A DNA stretch of 64,000 bases from an uncultured Verrucomicrobiota bacterium (GTDB taxonomy: Bacteria > Verrucomicrobiota > Verrucomicrobiia > Limisphaerales > CAIQOK01). The stretch spans positions 13,967-77,966 of the forward strand of contig CAIQOK010000067.1 in assembly GCA_903873415.1 (NCBI GenBank), in the 5' to 3' direction. How positions within the stretch are numbered: position 1 is the first letter of the stretch; the number at the start of each line of letters is the position of its first letter. The notes under the pieces are model-generated. The model was not told where the DNA came from. It did no database searches and worked only from the letters and a program-made list of their open reading frames with translations. This document shows, in pieces, positions 61,701 to 64,000 of this stretch. Position numbers and translations under genes: made by a program.

Positions 61701-63810
61701 CGGGATTCTTCACGTCCAGATCAAAGACGGGCAAGGGGCGGGATTCGTTGTGCTGAATGCGGTAGATCCGGGTGAAATGGTGATCCCGGTCGGGCCGGGT
61801 GGATGCGTTCCGCGCGCCATGGGCCGGGCCGCGGGTGTCGTTGTGAACGGCGATCTGGTTGTACATATCCACCAGATAAACCGCGCCGTCGGGACCGACC
61901 CGGCTGTGGATGGGCTTGAACCAATAGTCTGTGCTGGTCAGAAATTCCGTCTGTTTACGACCCTCTTCCTTCCGCCCCTGATACGTCACGCCCACCGGGT
62001 CGAGAAATTCATGATGCATCAGCCAGACCGTGGGCTCGTGAATGAAAAAGGACCATGAGGGTCCCTGCCATTTGGCTGGCCAAGCCCCGCCATCATAAAT
62101 GCACGCACCAGCTGCGGCGGTGAACGCACCAACCCAATCAATCTGGAGATAAGGCTGACGGGTTTCCTGACGCGAGGGGAAGACCTTGTTTTGCTCGATA
62201 ATGGGTTGGACCGCGCGCACCCCGGGCATTCCCGCAAGACTCACCACTTTTTCGGGCAGCACCATGTGCAACATGGGCTCGCCGCAGGTGGCCGAGCTGT
62301 AGAAAATCTCCCCGTCCGGAGCGATCTCACAACCCCAAGTGTTGCACGAACTAACGGCCACCTGCTCCAGAGCGGAACCGTCCGGTCGGAACCGATACAG
62401 TCCCGCTGAGATGTGGCCGAATTTTTTCTTTCCGTCCCCCGATGTCACATTCCCGGAACTATAACCCACCGACCCATACACCCATCCGTCCGTGCCCCAG
62501 CGCAGATTGCTCGTCACTGAATGGGTGTCGCCCGTCCCCCAGCCAGTAAACAGCACCTCCACCTTGTCAGCCTTGCCGTCCCCGTCAGTGTCCCGGGCCC
62601 AAAGGGTGTCCGGGGCCTGACTAATGATGGCCCCGTCCTTATACAGCACCATTGAGGTCGCCAGCTCCAACCCGTCCGCGAAAACGGTCTTCTTATCCAT
62701 GATGCCGTCCCCATTTGCGTCCTCGAGAATCGAAACTCGATCGCGGTTGGCCCGCGGTTCACGCCCGCCGATCGGATAGCGGCTCGGATCGCGCAGGCGC
62801 CAGGGGGTTACCCGGGAATCATTCTTATTGATGTCACGTCCGCCGGGATATTCCGGAGTCTCCACGACCCAGAGCCGGCCGCGCGCATCCCAATCCAGCG
62901 ACATTACTTTTTCGGCGATGTTTTCATCCGCAACGAGGGAAATATTAAACTCGGGATGGAGATTGAAAGTCTTGAGCGCGTCTTTGGCGGAAAGCGGTCC
63001 GCCCGGAGGATAAAGCAAAGAGCCCAGCTCCTCTTTGGTGCAAAACTCGTCGACGTTCTCACGCTTGCCGGCCCAGGCAATGCCCCGCATCAGCACCGCG
63101 CGATAGTGCAGGGTGTTGAACACGTCAAAATCGTGGCCAGGCAGACTGACAAAAGCCCGATAGGGCACCTTGCCCTCAGCCGCTGTTTTCTCATAAGTCC
63201 AGATTTGCGGGGCGATGACATGGACATTGTAAAAGCTGGCCGCCAACACCCCGATTTCCGGGGACAGATCCATGCCGGCGTAGATCTCGTCCTTCCAGTC
63301 AAAATTGGAGATGCCGTGGCTGATGGGATGCTGTTGATCCAGCCAGCAGATGCCCACTTCGCCCTCCTGCCATTTGGTGGCCTTGTCCGCCGGCAACTCC
63401 GCCGTCGGCCAGCGCCACGCCCCTCCGATGGTGTCCTTGCACCACTGATACTGGTCACCGCTGACGACTCCATCATGCAAAACAACCAAGCCGCCGCCGC
63501 GTCTGAGGAATCTTTCGAGCTCAACCCTCTGCTCTCCGGCAATCTTCATCCCATCGGCCGCATAAATGACCACCACGTCGCTGCGGCCGAGTTGTTCCGC
63601 TGTGGGAAACTCCAGCGCCCCCTCCACTCTCATGCCGCGCCCGGTTAGGAGCGCCTTCCACTCGTTTAGAAAACGGGGGTGATCGTGCTGGTTTGGACCA
63701 TGGGTTTTGGCGCCGCCACGAATAAAAACATGCAACGGTTCGGAGGCGGAGACGGACCACGCGCACGCCAGACAGGCTGACAACAACAGGAGTTTAAAGA
63801 TGTGTTTCAT
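58708..63810 (-). CDS. 1,700-aa secreted fusion: ThuA-like - beta-propeller dehydrogenase - HEAT repeats - c-type haem domain - unknown ~200-aa domain - ThuA-like
   Basis: Signal peptide MKHIFKLLLLSACLACAWSVSA. N-terminal ThuA-like (LHVFIRGGAKTHGPNQHDH...LVVLHDG). Dehydrogenase region (DARGRLWVVETPEYPGG...). Long helical repeat region. CTPCHNFKGQG (CxxCH). C-terminal ThuA-like (LKTLIIGGGSSHDFERW...IIGLHPG...VGITLGHDGDAH). Confidence 0.9.
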   Translation of the reverse strand: MKHIFKLLLLSACLACAWSVSASEPLHVFIRGGAKTHGPNQHDHPRFLNEWKALLTGRGMRVEGALEFPTAEQLGRSDVVVIYAADGMKIAGEQRVELERFLRRGGGLVVLHDGVVSGDQYQWCKDTIGGAWRWPTAELPADKATKWQEGEVGICWLDQQHPISHGISNFDWKDEIYAGMDLSPEIGVLAASFYNVHVIAPQIWTYEKTAAEGKVPYRAFVSLPGHDFDVFNTLHYRAVLMRGIAWAGKRENVDEFCTKEELGSLLYPPGGPLSAKDALKTFNLHPEFNISLVADENIAEKVMSLDWDARGRLWVVETPEYPGGRDINKNDSRVTPWRLRDPSRYPIGGREPRANRDRVSILEDANGDGIMDKKTVFADGLELATSMVLYKDGAIISQAPDTLWARDTDGDGKADKVEVLFTGWGTGDTHSVTSNLRWGTDGWVYGSVGYSSGNVTSGDGKKKFGHISAGLYRFRPDGSALEQVAVSSCNTWGCEIAPDGEIFYSSATCGEPMLHMVLPEKVVSLAGMPGVRAVQPIIEQNKVFPSRQETRQPYLQIDWVGAFTAAAGACIYDGGAWPAKWQGPSWSFFIHEPTVWLMHHEFLDPVGVTYQGRKEEGRKQTEFLTSTDYWFKPIHSRVGPDGAVYLVDMYNQIAVHNDTRGPAHGARNASTRPDRDHHFTRIYRIQHNESRPLPVFDLDVKNPAGLVEMLDHPNGWVRTTANRLLSEGAGRGAEDALNAKAGKARTGYGRMQALWVLHNLNLLKPELLAGAIRDPEALIRKNALRIGAEQDNSAVTPPIEVIRSLLADPDQRVRVWALIGCGTLTPNAALAAALVEAWPSFKNPHLETAALAMTVKAPLLYLSAALSAGNPALAASMITHLARQVANQNNPESVRALLVVLADQPPAVDEYKALALQSLRANLRHDVKPVADSALAVALGRLLASDLTAGAAMPLVGEWNLAGQLGATIRPTITRLEAQLLDKSLADAQRGQLAADLLGVRAVDPGILPAVASLVAGDASPALQIRVIQALGAIAEPAVGRTLVSALPRLSFELREAAFGQLIRRADWSAAVVAALAEHKLDPALLGLANLYRLRTHADPAVAAEANRVIDQLSGPEHKEKDLLIAKLRPEVVKPGNVTNGARIFSQSCTPCHNFKGQGANFAPNLNGMGAHGPGELLVHIVDPNRVVEPNFYTVSIETKDDLSFDGIVLRENGKVVVLRNQTGEMEIRKDNIKTRRDTTRSLMPEGFEQLGAEGLRDLLSYLCADERRFRMLDLTSAFTASTARGIYQSIESREESLRFKRWGAVKHREVSFDVINPQRTATGKNVIVLQGGTGLSQTYPRQVEVKVGLPATKLHFLGGVAGWGFPGGKNNEPAAKVLVHFAGGAIEEIVLRNGVEIADYIAHIDVPGSEALENLDQLLQQGRQVRYFVKALKQRGMVEKLTISSYGNEVAPTFVAITAELGEGGPALPVGSGSSSASPVPVFKWGGGLKTLIIGGGSSHDFERWFNGADVRNLNEGGGISANYTETTGGLADIIGGVDVLIISNNKPFTDAATKAAIFHHLEQGRGIIGLHPGLWYNWRDWPEYNRSLIGGGSHGHDKYGQFDVQVSAPTHPLMLGVPAKFTLKDELYHFEIDSQGPPVKVLATAHSPHDGKDYPQVFTVDQAKGRVVGITLGHDGDAHNHEAYMRILRNAVLWSAGK

Positions 63811-64000
63811 TTGGGCTATGGAAAATCAGAGGCCTCACTATAAGGAAACCAGGCGCGAAGCAACATCGCTCATTTGCGTCAAGGCCGGCAGGCTTCCAAA
63901 CCCAACTGCGGCCGCAGCGACACCCAGGGCTCCTCTTTGGAAACGTCAACCAACTCCGGTTCGGCCGCCTGGGAAGGCGAGAGAATGGCCAGAAACACCA

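Noticed and set aside
63879-64000. Open minus-strand frame at the right edge (...VFLAILSPSQAAEPELVDVSKEEPWVSLRPQLGLEACRP*).
   Set aside because: Only 39 codons are visible. It looks like a signal peptide followed by too short a mature part. It cannot be supported without sequence beyond the window.
1-64000. Mobile elements, prophage, defence islands, rRNA/tRNA genes.
   Set aside because: No transposase, integrase, phage, restriction-modification or Cas-like sequences were recognised. No tRNA-like T-arm/acceptor patterns were seen in intergenic regions. This is a visual scan only, and a tRNAscan/Infernal run would be decisive.

Overview
GC-rich bacterial chromosomal window with about 33 tightly packed protein-coding genes, mostly in multi-gene operons. 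By eye I find no rRNA, tRNA, CRISPR array, transposase or integrase. The gene content suggests a PVC-superphylum organism, most likely Verrucomicrobiota (inference, no database search was run). That content includes a PEP-CTERM protein, Tat-exported Gfo/Idh/MocA oxidoreductases, several ThuA-like and DUF1080-like genes, and 'membrane-bound dehydrogenase + HEAT + cytochrome c' proteins. The centre of the window is one 12.2 kb ORF (26376..38615, minus) encoding a 4,079-aa secreted protein. I segment it by eye into about 44 tandem beta-rich modules (InlB-B-like, MBG-like, YDG-like and two unnamed repeat types), and I see no recognisable outer-membrane export or anchoring signal and no adjacent secretion genes. 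This is my top candidate for the unusual system. Other notable points: (1) an amino-acid-permease domain fused to a HAMP/HisKA_2 histidine kinase lies directly upstream of a REC-4xPAS-HisKA-HATPase-REC hybrid kinase, one of whose PAS domains is LOV-like (GRNCDFLQG). (2) A NahK-like sugar-1-kinase gene is interrupted by one in-frame TGA inside a tightly coupled transporter-kinase-phosphoesterase-epimerase operon. (3) A 1,700-aa protein fuses ThuA, beta-propeller dehydrogenase, HEAT, cytochrome c, an unknown domain and a second ThuA. (4) Two further operons carry ThuA, Gfo/Idh/MocA and DUF1080 genes (3-keto-glycoside-type chemistry). (5) A gene of at least 933 codons at the left edge is missing from the supplied ORF track. 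All coordinates of internal domains and modules are manual estimates (about +/-15 nt).
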